DNA of 64,000 nucleotides from Candidatus Omnitrophota bacterium (GTDB lineage Bacteria; Omnitrophota; Gorgyraeia; Gygaellales; Profunditerraquicolaceae), in NCBI GenBank assembly GCA_003598025.1, contig QZKH01000003.1, positions 170,048-234,047 on the forward strand, written 5' to 3'. The position numbers were made by a program, and so were the translations under genes. Below the pieces are notes generated by a model. The model made no database searches. It saw only the letters and a program-made list of their open reading frames with translations, and was not told the DNA's origin. Numbering within the stretch: the first letter of the stretch is position 1; each line of letters begins with the position of its first letter. This document shows positions 27,800-35,523 of this stretch, piece by piece.

Positions 27800-29023
27800 T
27801 CAGTCTCCTTTTAAATTGTTTTTTAACTTAATCATTAGATCAATCAAACAATCTATCTGTTCTTTTGTATGTGTTGCTTTGACTGTGAGCCTTAATCTGG
27901 CTTTTCCCCAGGGTACTGCTGGCCAGCGCACGCATGGTGCCAAAATTCCGTTTTCAAGTAACTTTTTAGAAAACTCTATTGCTTTTTCTTCTTTTCCTAT
28001 TAAAACCGGGATGATTTGGGTTTCGCTGTTAAGCGTATCAAACCCTGATTTTGTCAGATTAGTTTTAAGATAGCTGACATTTGACCATAGGTTTTCTCTA
28101 AGAGAATGATTATTTTTTGCTTCTTTTACAGCTGCAATCAGGGCAGCAGCGATTGAAGGTGGTATTGGCGCAGAAAAAATATAGGAACGCGCGCTTATTC
28201 TTAAATAATCAATCAGGGCTTTTGTGCCGCAAACAAATCCGCCTACACCGCCAAACGATTTAGTGAAAGTCCCCATTGTGATATCAATATCGTTTTCATC
28301 AAGCCCAAAATGCTCGGCAGTTCCCCTGCCGTTTTTACCCAAAACTCCGGATGCGTGCGCATCATCTACCATAACAATTGAATTATATTTTTTCGCAAGC
28401 TCAACAATTCCCGGCAACGGAGCGATGTCACCGTCCATGCTGAATACACCGTCAGTAACGATCATTTTCCGTATTTTTTTTAATTTCTTAAGTTTTCCTT
28501 CGAGGTCCTTCATGTCCTTATGTTTATATACAACGATTTGGGCATGGCTTAGCCTGCAGCCGTCAATTATACTTGCGTGGTTTAATTCATCGCTTAAGAT
28601 TATTCTTTTCCCCTGGAAAGGAGCTGGTATCAGCCTGCCTGCTATCTTATGAAGGCCGCTTACAGCATCCATTACTGCAGGAATTGTTCCGGTATTTGCC
28701 ATATAACCGGTAGAAAAAGTTATTGCGGATTTGCTATTCTTAAAATCTGCTATTGCCTTTTCAAGCTCTACCTGGATATCGGTATTCCCGGAAACAAGCC
28801 GCGAACCACCGGAGCCAACTCCGTATTTGTCAATTGCTTCCTTTGCTGCCTTTTTTAGAAGCTCGCTATTGGCCAGGCCTAAATAATCATTTGAGCAGAA
28901 AATCAGCACTTTTTTACCGTTAGCGACAACTTCTAATGATGTTGGTGAGCCGGATATTAAACTGATATCAGGGTAAAGCCCAAAATCACGGATATTTTTA
29001 AGTATGTTTTCTATATTCTCCAT
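27800..29023 (-). CDS. PLP-dependent alpha-oxoamine synthase (BioF/KBL/SPT family), SPT-like
   Basis: SNDYLGL, GSGGSRL, SDELNHASIIDG, DGVFSMDGD, VDDAHA, PLP-lysine motif MGTFTKSFG. Confidence 0.9.
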   Translation of the reverse strand: MENIENILKNIRDFGLYPDISLISGSPTSLEVVANGKKVLIFCSNDYLGLANSELLKKAAKEAIDKYGVGSGGSRLVSGNTDIQVELEKAIADFKNSKSAITFSTGYMANTGTIPAVMDAVSGLHKIAGRLIPAPFQGKRIILSDELNHASIIDGCRLSHAQIVVYKHKDMKDLEGKLKKLKKIRKMIVTDGVFSMDGDIAPLPGIVELAKKYNSIVMVDDAHASGVLGKNGRGTAEHFGLDENDIDITMGTFTKSFGGVGGFVCGTKALIDYLRISARSYIFSAPIPPSIAAALIAAVKEAKNNHSLRENLWSNVSYLKTNLTKSGFDTLNSETQIIPVLIGKEEKAIEFSKKLLENGILAPCVRWPAVPWGKARLRLTVKATHTKEQIDCLIDLMIKLKNNLKGD

Positions 29024-29030
29024 TTATAAA

Positions 29031-30032
29031 TTATATTACCGGCGCTTCCGGCAGCCAGGTCTCAAAGCCGTATTTAGCAGCTATATTGGCTATTTCTTCA
29101 AGGTTGTCAGGGTTGATATTATCACCTAAAGAATAATTATTGAATCTTGATTCTTTTGCCAGCAAAAGCGTTTCGGCAAAAGGCGCGTTCACGACATTTC
29201 TAGGCAGGCATTTATTAATAAAAATATCTGCCTCGAAAGGCAGCTTAATCAATCCCGTCCTTATAATAGTGATGTCATTTCTTAATTTTTTGTTATTAAC
29301 CATGCAAAACGGCGCAGAGGCATCAAAGATTATACAGCCGGGTTTTGGAATATCAAGATTAATGATTGTGCTTAATGGCGCGTTGCCGATAGCAACGATT
29401 ACATCAGACGCAGAGGTTAATTCGGAAAGGTTATCTTCTATATTTACGGTAAGCCCGCCATATTGGGAAGCAAGTTCTGTTTTCAGCCTGATGACAGATT
29501 CAATCTCGGTATCGTTAAGCGTTATGTCAGAAGTAAAATCAATTATTTTTTTTGTAAAAAGCTTACCTACTGCCGTACCTGCCCCGACTACAGAAAACTT
29601 CATTTTAGCAAGGTCAATCCCCCTGCTCTTGACAGTCCTGTAAACAGATTCAACAATCGACCATGCGAGCAAAGTATTGCCCGTTGTCATCGGCATGCGT
29701 ACTTTTTTTAACAAAGTAACTGCGCTGGTAGACTCGACAAGGTTGTATCTCTCCAGGCCGATCATTTCTATATCTAAGTTCTTAGAAATATCTTCATCGG
29801 AAAGGATAGAATTTAAAATCAAGGCTTCTCCCTGAAGGAGAAGGTCTTTAGGCGGTGTGGACGGGATAACCAGGTAGCTGAGGATATCCTGTGAACCAAA
29901 AATTATCCTTTTGGGCTTGAGAATTTTGTAAATCGGTGTCTTTTTTAATGCAGGGTTGAATAAATCCCAAAACCAGCCTTTTTTAAGGTATTTTATTGTC
30001 CGGGGATGGATAATAAACGCAAATGACCTCAT
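29031..30032 (-). CDS. COG5322/acyl-ACP-reductase-like Rossmann protein, divergent copy
   Basis: FAFIIHP, MTTGNTL, VVGAGTAVG, AETLLLAKE..YSLG..AAKYGF; paralog of the upstream gene. Confidence 0.7.
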   Translation of the reverse strand: MRSFAFIIHPRTIKYLKKGWFWDLFNPALKKTPIYKILKPKRIIFGSQDILSYLVIPSTPPKDLLLQGEALILNSILSDEDISKNLDIEMIGLERYNLVESTSAVTLLKKVRMPMTTGNTLLAWSIVESVYRTVKSRGIDLAKMKFSVVGAGTAVGKLFTKKIIDFTSDITLNDTEIESVIRLKTELASQYGGLTVNIEDNLSELTSASDVIVAIGNAPLSTIINLDIPKPGCIIFDASAPFCMVNNKKLRNDITIIRTGLIKLPFEADIFINKCLPRNVVNAPFAETLLLAKESRFNNYSLGDNINPDNLEEIANIAAKYGFETWLPEAPVI

Positions 30033-30033
30033 T

Positions 30034-31122
30034 TCATCTCCAAAGCAATATCCTGCTTTTAGATTTTTTCTTTATGTTTGCCTTAATCCTGCTTATCTCA
30101 ATGTCAGATATCGGTTTCTCCTTGCTTGTGAGGCTGTCAATTTCAAATCCGTGTTTTGCCCCAAGCCTCAAAATTTCTTTGACCTTAAAAGCATCAAAAT
30201 CTTTTCCCAGGGAATAATCCTCGAATTTCTTCTCCAGCGCCAAAATCATCGGTTCGGCCATGCATGGATAACACAATCCTTCGGGAAGGCCAAAATCAAA
30301 ATTGAATTTTACGTCTCCGGGAGGCTTAACTGTTACTCCGTCAATAACCAGCACGTCGTTGCGAATGCTCGGAAGGATGCGCCGCGGGTAAGAAGCATCA
30401 AAGATAAGGCTGCCCGGCTCAACCTTGCTTATATCAAATTCTGCAGGTATGCGGTTAGTCGCAACAATTATAATTTTAGTTTTATTTAAAATGGAGTTTA
30501 TGTCAAATTTACTATGTATTTTTGCTCTTTTTTCTTTGGGGATGCCGGCTAGTGCAATATTTAATTTATCTACATTGTGCGCGCTGACATAAGTCCCGCG
30601 CACGAAATGGGAAAGTATATCAAGGCAGTACTTTCCGACGCTTGAAGTCCCTCCCAGGATCAGGATGTAAGTATCATCTAGGGGGATATCCATTAAATCA
30701 GCGCCTCTTAATATTGCTTCGGGTATAGTAGAAAGAGTATAATTGGAGCCGGTTGTCATCGGGCAAGGAATGATCTTTTTTAAATCCGCTCCTTTATTGC
30801 CGCTGAATGCCGCATAAGCAGTCAACCCTATCAATTTAGGCGAAATCGAACTTGCAAATTTAAGTGTGTTAATGACTGCCTTCATCACTTTTGTAGGGCT
30901 TAAGGAAACCATCTGTTCCATAAGCAGCGGGCACATTACGAGTGCGCCTTTTGCTGTCCTGCCTAAATCTGAATATAACCCTCTGATTTCGGAAGCCTTA
31001 AAAGGCTGCATCCATTCCAACACCTTTTTTACTAATGGCCGAGGTTTATTTTTCATCCCCGGCTCATATTTATATAACAGCTCTTCGTTAGTCGGATGGA
31101 TTATGAGGGTGTAGTCATACAT
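30034..31122 (-). CDS. COG5322/acyl-ACP-reductase-like Rossmann protein (start corrected to ATG 31122, 362 aa)
   Basis: MYDYTLIIHP, CPLL..QM, MTTGSNYT, DASYPR, DFGLPEGLCYPCMAEPMILALE..YSLG..KHGF. Confidence 0.78.
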   Translation of the reverse strand: MYDYTLIIHPTNEELLYKYEPGMKNKPRPLVKKVLEWMQPFKASEIRGLYSDLGRTAKGALVMCPLLMEQMVSLSPTKVMKAVINTLKFASSISPKLIGLTAYAAFSGNKGADLKKIIPCPMTTGSNYTLSTIPEAILRGADLMDIPLDDTYILILGGTSSVGKYCLDILSHFVRGTYVSAHNVDKLNIALAGIPKEKRAKIHSKFDINSILNKTKIIIVATNRIPAEFDISKVEPGSLIFDASYPRRILPSIRNDVLVIDGVTVKPPGDVKFNFDFGLPEGLCYPCMAEPMILALEKKFEDYSLGKDFDAFKVKEILRLGAKHGFEIDSLTSKEKPISDIEISRIKANIKKKSKSRILLWR

Positions 31123-31561
31123 TTGAGTTCTCCGCCTTATTCTTAATAGCCAGCACCATACCGGTGAGCCCCCGCTCAGCTTTTTTCTTAAGGACTGAAC
31201 CAACATACTCTTCCAGGATGGGTATTCCCCAGTCAAAATCAGCTTTTAAGGTCAGTTTGCTGCCGTCATGCCATTCCTTTACGTGCCAAATCCCCTGATA
31301 GCTTTGGTAGTAACCCTCGACCATATTAAATTTAATTATTCCTGCAGGTTCATCTATATTGTCTTCTTCCTTCCAGTTTACCGGAGCGCCTTCAATCTCA
31401 GTTTCCCATGAAGTAATAAATTTGGTATCGGATAGAGATTTAATGACCTTAAGGTTTTTAACGTCACGCATAAAAGAAGGGTATGATTCCATATCCCTAA
31501 GTATTTCAAATACTTTTTCTTTCGGTTTCTTTATTACGCAAGATGCTTCAATAGTTACCAT
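31115..31561 (-). CDS. SRPBCC/START-fold polyketide cyclase-like lipid-binding protein
   Basis: DMESYPSFMRDV, WKEED, EGYYQSYQGIW, DFDWGIP. Confidence 0.85.
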   Translation of the reverse strand: MVTIEASCVIKKPKEKVFEILRDMESYPSFMRDVKNLKVIKSLSDTKFITSWETEIEGAPVNWKEEDNIDEPAGIIKFNMVEGYYQSYQGIWHVKEWHDGSKLTLKADFDWGIPILEEYVGSVLKKKAERGLTGMVLAIKNKAENSNV

Positions 31562-31566
31562 ATTTT

Positions 31567-31812
31567 TTATATAAGACTTTTTTCTGCGCGTTCTTCCTCT
31601 GTTTTGCGCCTGTCTTTTTTTCCGCTTTCATGATATTCCAGTTTATCCTTAATCCACTTTTCTATGTACTTTTTGTGGAACCGCCAGTCAGCGCCGATTT
31701 TGAACGCCGGTATCCTGCCGTCTCGAGCATAACGATGCACAGTCAGTGGATGCAAGTTCAAATAATCTGCAACTTCTTTTGCTGTAAGGATTTCCTTATC
31801 TTTTTTTGCCAT
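31567..31812 (-). CDS. Excisionase-family (HTH_17) DNA-binding protein
   Basis: ILTAKEVADYL..TVHRYARDGRIPAFKIGADWRF; GAGGTGG SD. Confidence 0.88.
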   Translation of the reverse strand: MAKKDKEILTAKEVADYLNLHPLTVHRYARDGRIPAFKIGADWRFHKKYIEKWIKDKLEYHESGKKDRRKTEEERAEKSLI

Positions 31813-31848
31813 ATTACCACCTCTTTTAGCATATTTTATGTAACTATA

Positions 31849-31877
31849 TGTATACAGGCAAAATCTAAAGTTGTCAA
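31849..31877 (-). promoter_or_regulatory. Possible promoter of the HTH-led operon
   Basis: Minus strand perfect TTGACA, 17 bp, then imperfect -10 TATACA. Confidence 0.35.
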
Positions 31878-31895
31878 GACATATCCAACCGCAAT

Positions 31896-31948
31896 GGACC
31901 GTTTCCTTCCAACCCTCTATCCCGCTAGGTGTTATAAAGGAAGTGTCC
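31896..31948. repeat. 53-bp inverted repeat, low-coordinate flank of RAYT
   Basis: GGACCGTTTCCTTCCAACCCTCTATCCCGCTAGGTGTTATAAAGGAAGTGTCC; 52/53 match to reverse complement of 32523..32575. Confidence 0.92.
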
Positions 31949-31963
31949 TGCTTTCTTTAGCCT

Positions 31964-32455
31964 TTATTCGGTGAATTTATCTAAGCAAATCAAGCCTTCT
32001 AAAGGATTTGTTTTACTATGATAGAAATGATAGCTGCTCCATAGATAATCATTGGGGCTAACAACGATCCCTGCCCTTACAGGATTATTATGGATGTATT
32101 CAATGCAGGAAAGTATATAATCGTAGCCAGTAATGACGTTACTTTTAAATCTGCCTTGCCAAACATGTCCCGTATAGCCGTATTTTTCACGGAATTTAAA
32201 GCTGTAGGAAAGTTCAATTGCATGCATTATTTTTGAAATGTTTATATTGCAAGAGGGCTCTATAATTAGATGCGGATGCGTGTCCATCAAAACAAGCGAA
32301 TATACCTTAAACCCAAATCTTTCTTTAAATTTGGATAACGTTTTTAGGAAAATTATTTTATCTTCATCTGTACGCAAAACATATTGACGGTTATTTCCCC
32401 TAATACAAATGTGGTATATTGCTGATGTAAAATATATGCGCTTATGTTGTGTCAT
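31964..32455 (-). CDS. REP-associated tyrosine transposase (Y1_Tnp, IS200-like; start corrected to ATG 32455)
   Basis: YHICIRGNNRQ, HUH motif MDTHPHL, GHVWQGRFKS, catalytic EYIHNNPVRAG, YLWSSY; GGAGG SD. Confidence 0.9.
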   Translation of the reverse strand: MTQHKRIYFTSAIYHICIRGNNRQYVLRTDEDKIIFLKTLSKFKERFGFKVYSLVLMDTHPHLIIEPSCNINISKIMHAIELSYSFKFREKYGYTGHVWQGRFKSNVITGYDYILSCIEYIHNNPVRAGIVVSPNDYLWSSYHFYHSKTNPLEGLICLDKFTE

Positions 32456-32522
32456 ATTGCCTCCTTCCACATTAGTAGACGAAGGAAACATGATATTCTA
32501 ACTGAATAAGAATGCTTTAGGG

Positions 32523-32575
32523 GGACACTTCCTTTGTAACACCTAGCGGGATAGAGGGTTGGAAGGAAACGGTCC
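32523..32575. repeat. 53-bp inverted repeat, high-coordinate flank of RAYT
   Basis: GGACACTTCCTTTGTAACACCTAGCGGGATAGAGGGTTGGAAGGAAACGGTCC. Confidence 0.92.
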
Positions 32576-33288
32576 TATTTGAGGAGTTTAAGCAGGCAAA
32601 GCGGGTATTCGCCTTCTGTAGCATCGAAAGTTTCAGCTTTTTGACGGCTGCATTCAGCCCAATCTCCGCTTTCATCAATCATAAAGTAAGCATCTTTAAC
32701 TATTTTTAAGGGCTTGATAAGCTCTTCTACAAGTTTTGAATCATATATCCTGGCATATGGCCGTATAATCTTAGCTTTACCAAAAGGGATCGTTAATATA
32801 ATTGTGCCCTGGTTTTTTAGTATCCTGACCATTTCAGCCAGAGCCTTCTTATCAGCCTGCAGGTCTTCTTTCTCTCCGTGCCTTCCAGAAATACCGATAT
32901 GCTCAAGAGTAGAGATTGCCGTTATTGCATCAAAAAAATTGTCCTGGAAACTGGTTTTTATCACGCTTTCTTTAACAAAATTAAAATTCTTGAAACTTAT
33001 CTTATTTGTTATCGCATACTCCCTTATATCCAGTCCGTAAGTTTGATATCCAAAACCCGCCAGTAAAAGCGGGAAAAAGCTGCCGGCGCAGCCTACATCA
33101 AGAATTTTAGCAGGGGTCGAAGGAAGATTTTCAGTGGCAAAGCTGTATTCTATATACCTATCGGTAGGCCTTAAAGGCTGTTTGGCAAAATATTCAGGGA
33201 AGATTTTCTGTATTACTGCAATCCCGGACTTACTTATAACTTCATAAGCCTTTTCTTTTATTGTCTTTTTTTCTTTTGTTTTTGACAT
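32575..33288 (-). CDS. Class I SAM-dependent methyltransferase
   Basis: ILDVGCAG motif I, GLDIR, FDAITAISTLEHIG, LTIPFG. Confidence 0.85.
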   Translation of the reverse strand: MSKTKEKKTIKEKAYEVISKSGIAVIQKIFPEYFAKQPLRPTDRYIEYSFATENLPSTPAKILDVGCAGSFFPLLLAGFGYQTYGLDIREYAITNKISFKNFNFVKESVIKTSFQDNFFDAITAISTLEHIGISGRHGEKEDLQADKKALAEMVRILKNQGTIILTIPFGKAKIIRPYARIYDSKLVEELIKPLKIVKDAYFMIDESGDWAECSRQKAETFDATEGEYPLCLLKLLK

Positions 33289-33299
33289 TATTTTTCCTG

Positions 33300-33530
33300 T
33301 TAACTTATCTCTGCAAGCACTTCTCCTACACTGACATTATCTCCTTCGGTAAAATAAATCTTGGAAATTTTACCGTTAACAGGAGAAGGCACATTAAAAG
33401 TAGCTTTATCTGTTGCCAACTCTACTAAATCATCTTTTTCTTTGACAGTGTCGCCTTCACTAAAATACCAGTAAGAAACTGTTGCTTTTGTAATATTTTC
33501 TCCCAGCTCAGGCAAAATTACCTTTGTCAT
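33300..33530 (-). CDS. Stand-alone lipoyl domain protein
   Basis: LPELGE..VELATDKATFNVPSP..VSVGEVLA with lipoyl-Lys (TDKA); 76 aa. Confidence 0.9.
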   Translation of the reverse strand: MTKVILPELGENITKATVSYWYFSEGDTVKEKDDLVELATDKATFNVPSPVNGKISKIYFTEGDNVSVGEVLAEIS

Positions 33531-34176
33531 ATAAACCCTCCCTTAATAACAGAAAATTATCTTTAAAACTGGTTATAAGCTTTGTTTTTATTATATCCAT
33601 ATTAACCTCTTTTTCAAGCAATGATTCAAGCGAAGTCATTTTTACGTCCAGCCCGCAAGGTTTGATAAACTCGAAGTTTTTTAAATCACTGTGTTTTACG
33701 TTAAACGCCAGGCCGTGAAATGTTATCCAGTTCCGTATACCGATCCCTATCGAACAGATCTTATTGTTTCCAACCCATACTCCTGTAAATCCGGGTTTTT
33801 TAACCCCTGGTATATTAAAACTTTTGAGCAGGTCAATTACAGTATCCTCAAGGCTTCGTAAAAATAGATGTATATCTTTTTTTACATATTTAAGGTTGAA
33901 TATGGGATAAGCTATGATTTGGCCGGGGCCATGGTAGGTGATGTCGCCGCCCCTGTCAGACTGCAGTATATCAATATTAAGCTGTTTAAGAACGGATTGC
34001 TTTATAATAATATTATCGTAATTAAGCTTCCTGCCGGATGTAAATACTGGTTTATGGCTGCAGAGTATCAGCACGGATTTGCTTAATCCGCTCTTTACGC
34101 GTAAATGTATTTCTTTTTGAAGCGTTAGCCCGGCAGAAAAATCAATTATCCCTGCGTCTAATATATCAAAATCCAT
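33508..34176 (-). CDS. lipB: Octanoyltransferase
   Basis: HKPVFTSGR, DRGGDITYHGPGQ, KICSIG, TFHGLAFNV, IKPCG. Confidence 0.94.
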   Translation of the reverse strand: MDFDILDAGIIDFSAGLTLQKEIHLRVKSGLSKSVLILCSHKPVFTSGRKLNYDNIIIKQSVLKQLNIDILQSDRGGDITYHGPGQIIAYPIFNLKYVKKDIHLFLRSLEDTVIDLLKSFNIPGVKKPGFTGVWVGNNKICSIGIGIRNWITFHGLAFNVKHSDLKNFEFIKPCGLDVKMTSLESLLEKEVNMDIIKTKLITSFKDNFLLLREGLYDKGNFA

Positions 34177-35465
34177 TATAGAGCTTCGATTATTGCCTCT
34201 GATAAAGTAGGGTGAGCAAATATATATGATTTCAGTTTATCTACGGTCAGTTTGCTGTTAACGGCTACTGTGAATATCCCGATCAACTCAGTAGCGTTCG
34301 CTCCGATGATGCTAGCCCCGATTATAATACCGCTGGGTTTGTCTATAAGTATTTTTACAAAGCCATCAGTTTCATCCATTATGCGGGCCATGGAAGAACC
34401 AAGAAAATCAAACTTTTTGATTTCAACCTTTGATCTTTGCTCCTGGCTAAGCAAGCTTTCTTTAATACCGATACTGGCAATTTCAGGGCCGGTGAATATA
34501 CAGGCAGGTATAAATTCAGTATCTGATCTTACATTGTCCCGGGATAAATTATCAACAGCTATATTGGCCTGGTAAGCAGCATAATGAGCCAGCATTATTC
34601 TTGATGAGCAGTCGCCAGCGCTTAATATATTTTTAATATTAGTCCTTTGATAGTTGTCCGTTACAATAAAGCCATTTTCGGTATTTAACCCTATATTGTC
34701 CAATCCCAGGCCTCCGATAACGGGTCTTCTCCCTACACAGACCAGTATTTTATCAAATTCAGCAAGGTTTAAAGATGAAAAATCAGCATTAGTGAATACT
34801 CTTATCCCTCTTTTTTTAAAAGACTGCTCGAGTTTCTTTGCTATGTCGCTGTCTTCTCCTGGCAAGATCTGGGGCATCTTATCAATTAATGTTACAAACG
34901 AACCGAAGATAGAAAATAAATTAGCGAATTCACAGCCGATTACCCCTGCCCCGATAATGAGAATTTTTGCGGGGATCTCGCTTAGGTCAAGCGCTTCATC
35001 GCTGGATATAATTCTCTTGGCGTCAAATCTTAATCCAGGCAATTCTACCGGGGCCGAACCGGTAGCGATTAAAATATACTTTGTCTCAAATTTGTTTCCT
35101 TTATCATCAACAACTATGCCGGATGATACGATTTTTGCTTGAGAATTTACAAATTCAATACCGCTTAACCTGTTTTTCATAGCAGATTTAAGCTGCTCAA
35201 TAATTTTATTCTTCCGGTCAATAACTTTGGGGTGATTCAGGATCGGATTATCAACATTTATGCCAAAAGAAGCAGATTTTTTTATGAGGGAGAATTTCTT
35301 TGCTGTCTGAATTAATGTTTTGGTAGGTATACAACCTTTATTGAGGCATATTCCGCCCAACTCTGCTTTCTCAAATAATACTACATTAAGTCCAGAGTCT
35401 TTTGCCTTTACCGCTGCGTTAAAGCCGGCCCATCCTGAGCCTATAACTATAAGGTCATAAGGCAT
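34176..35465 (-). CDS. lpdA: Dihydrolipoyl dehydrogenase (start corrected to ATG 35465)
   Basis: IGSGWAG, GGICLNKGCIPTK redox disulfide, GAGVIGCE, AHPTLSE. Confidence 0.9.
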   Translation of the reverse strand: MPYDLIVIGSGWAGFNAAVKAKDSGLNVVLFEKAELGGICLNKGCIPTKTLIQTAKKFSLIKKSASFGINVDNPILNHPKVIDRKNKIIEQLKSAMKNRLSGIEFVNSQAKIVSSGIVVDDKGNKFETKYILIATGSAPVELPGLRFDAKRIISSDEALDLSEIPAKILIIGAGVIGCEFANLFSIFGSFVTLIDKMPQILPGEDSDIAKKLEQSFKKRGIRVFTNADFSSLNLAEFDKILVCVGRRPVIGGLGLDNIGLNTENGFIVTDNYQRTNIKNILSAGDCSSRIMLAHYAAYQANIAVDNLSRDNVRSDTEFIPACIFTGPEIASIGIKESLLSQEQRSKVEIKKFDFLGSSMARIMDETDGFVKILIDKPSGIIIGASIIGANATELIGIFTVAVNSKLTVDKLKSYIFAHPTLSEAIIEAL

Positions 35466-35472
35466 AATTATA

Positions 35473-35520
35473 AGGTTACATGAGGTTGCCAGAAGCAACA
35501 GCCACTAACTTCATGTAACA
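35473..35520. repeat. Intergenic inverted repeat between mdh and lpdA
   Basis: GTTACATGAGGTT (35475-35487) and AACTTCATGTAAC (35507-35519), 12/13 complementary. Confidence 0.55.
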
Positions 35521-35523
35521 TAT

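Larger units (their letters stand above)
31896..32575 (-). mobile_element. RAYT element: Y1 HUH transposase between inverted REP-like repeats
   Basis: Transposase ORF enclosed by 53-bp inverted repeats; no tnpB. Confidence 0.8.

Noticed and set aside
27800-29023. Calling the synthase bioF
   Set aside because: No bioA/B/C/D/W neighbours, and the PLP-lysine motif is SPT-like; gene symbol withheld.
31123-31236. 38-aa N-terminal extension of the reductase-like ORF
   Set aside because: It lies inside the SRPBCC gene; family similarity starts at ATG 31122, which overlaps the SRPBCC stop.
31567-31812. Excisionase as evidence of a prophage or ICE
   Set aside because: No integrase, att-associated tRNA, or phage or conjugation genes in the window.
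31964-32491. IS605/IS607 element with TnpB or IscB nuclease
   Set aside because: No RuvC-type ORF is adjacent; the protein motifs and inverted flanks fit a RAYT.
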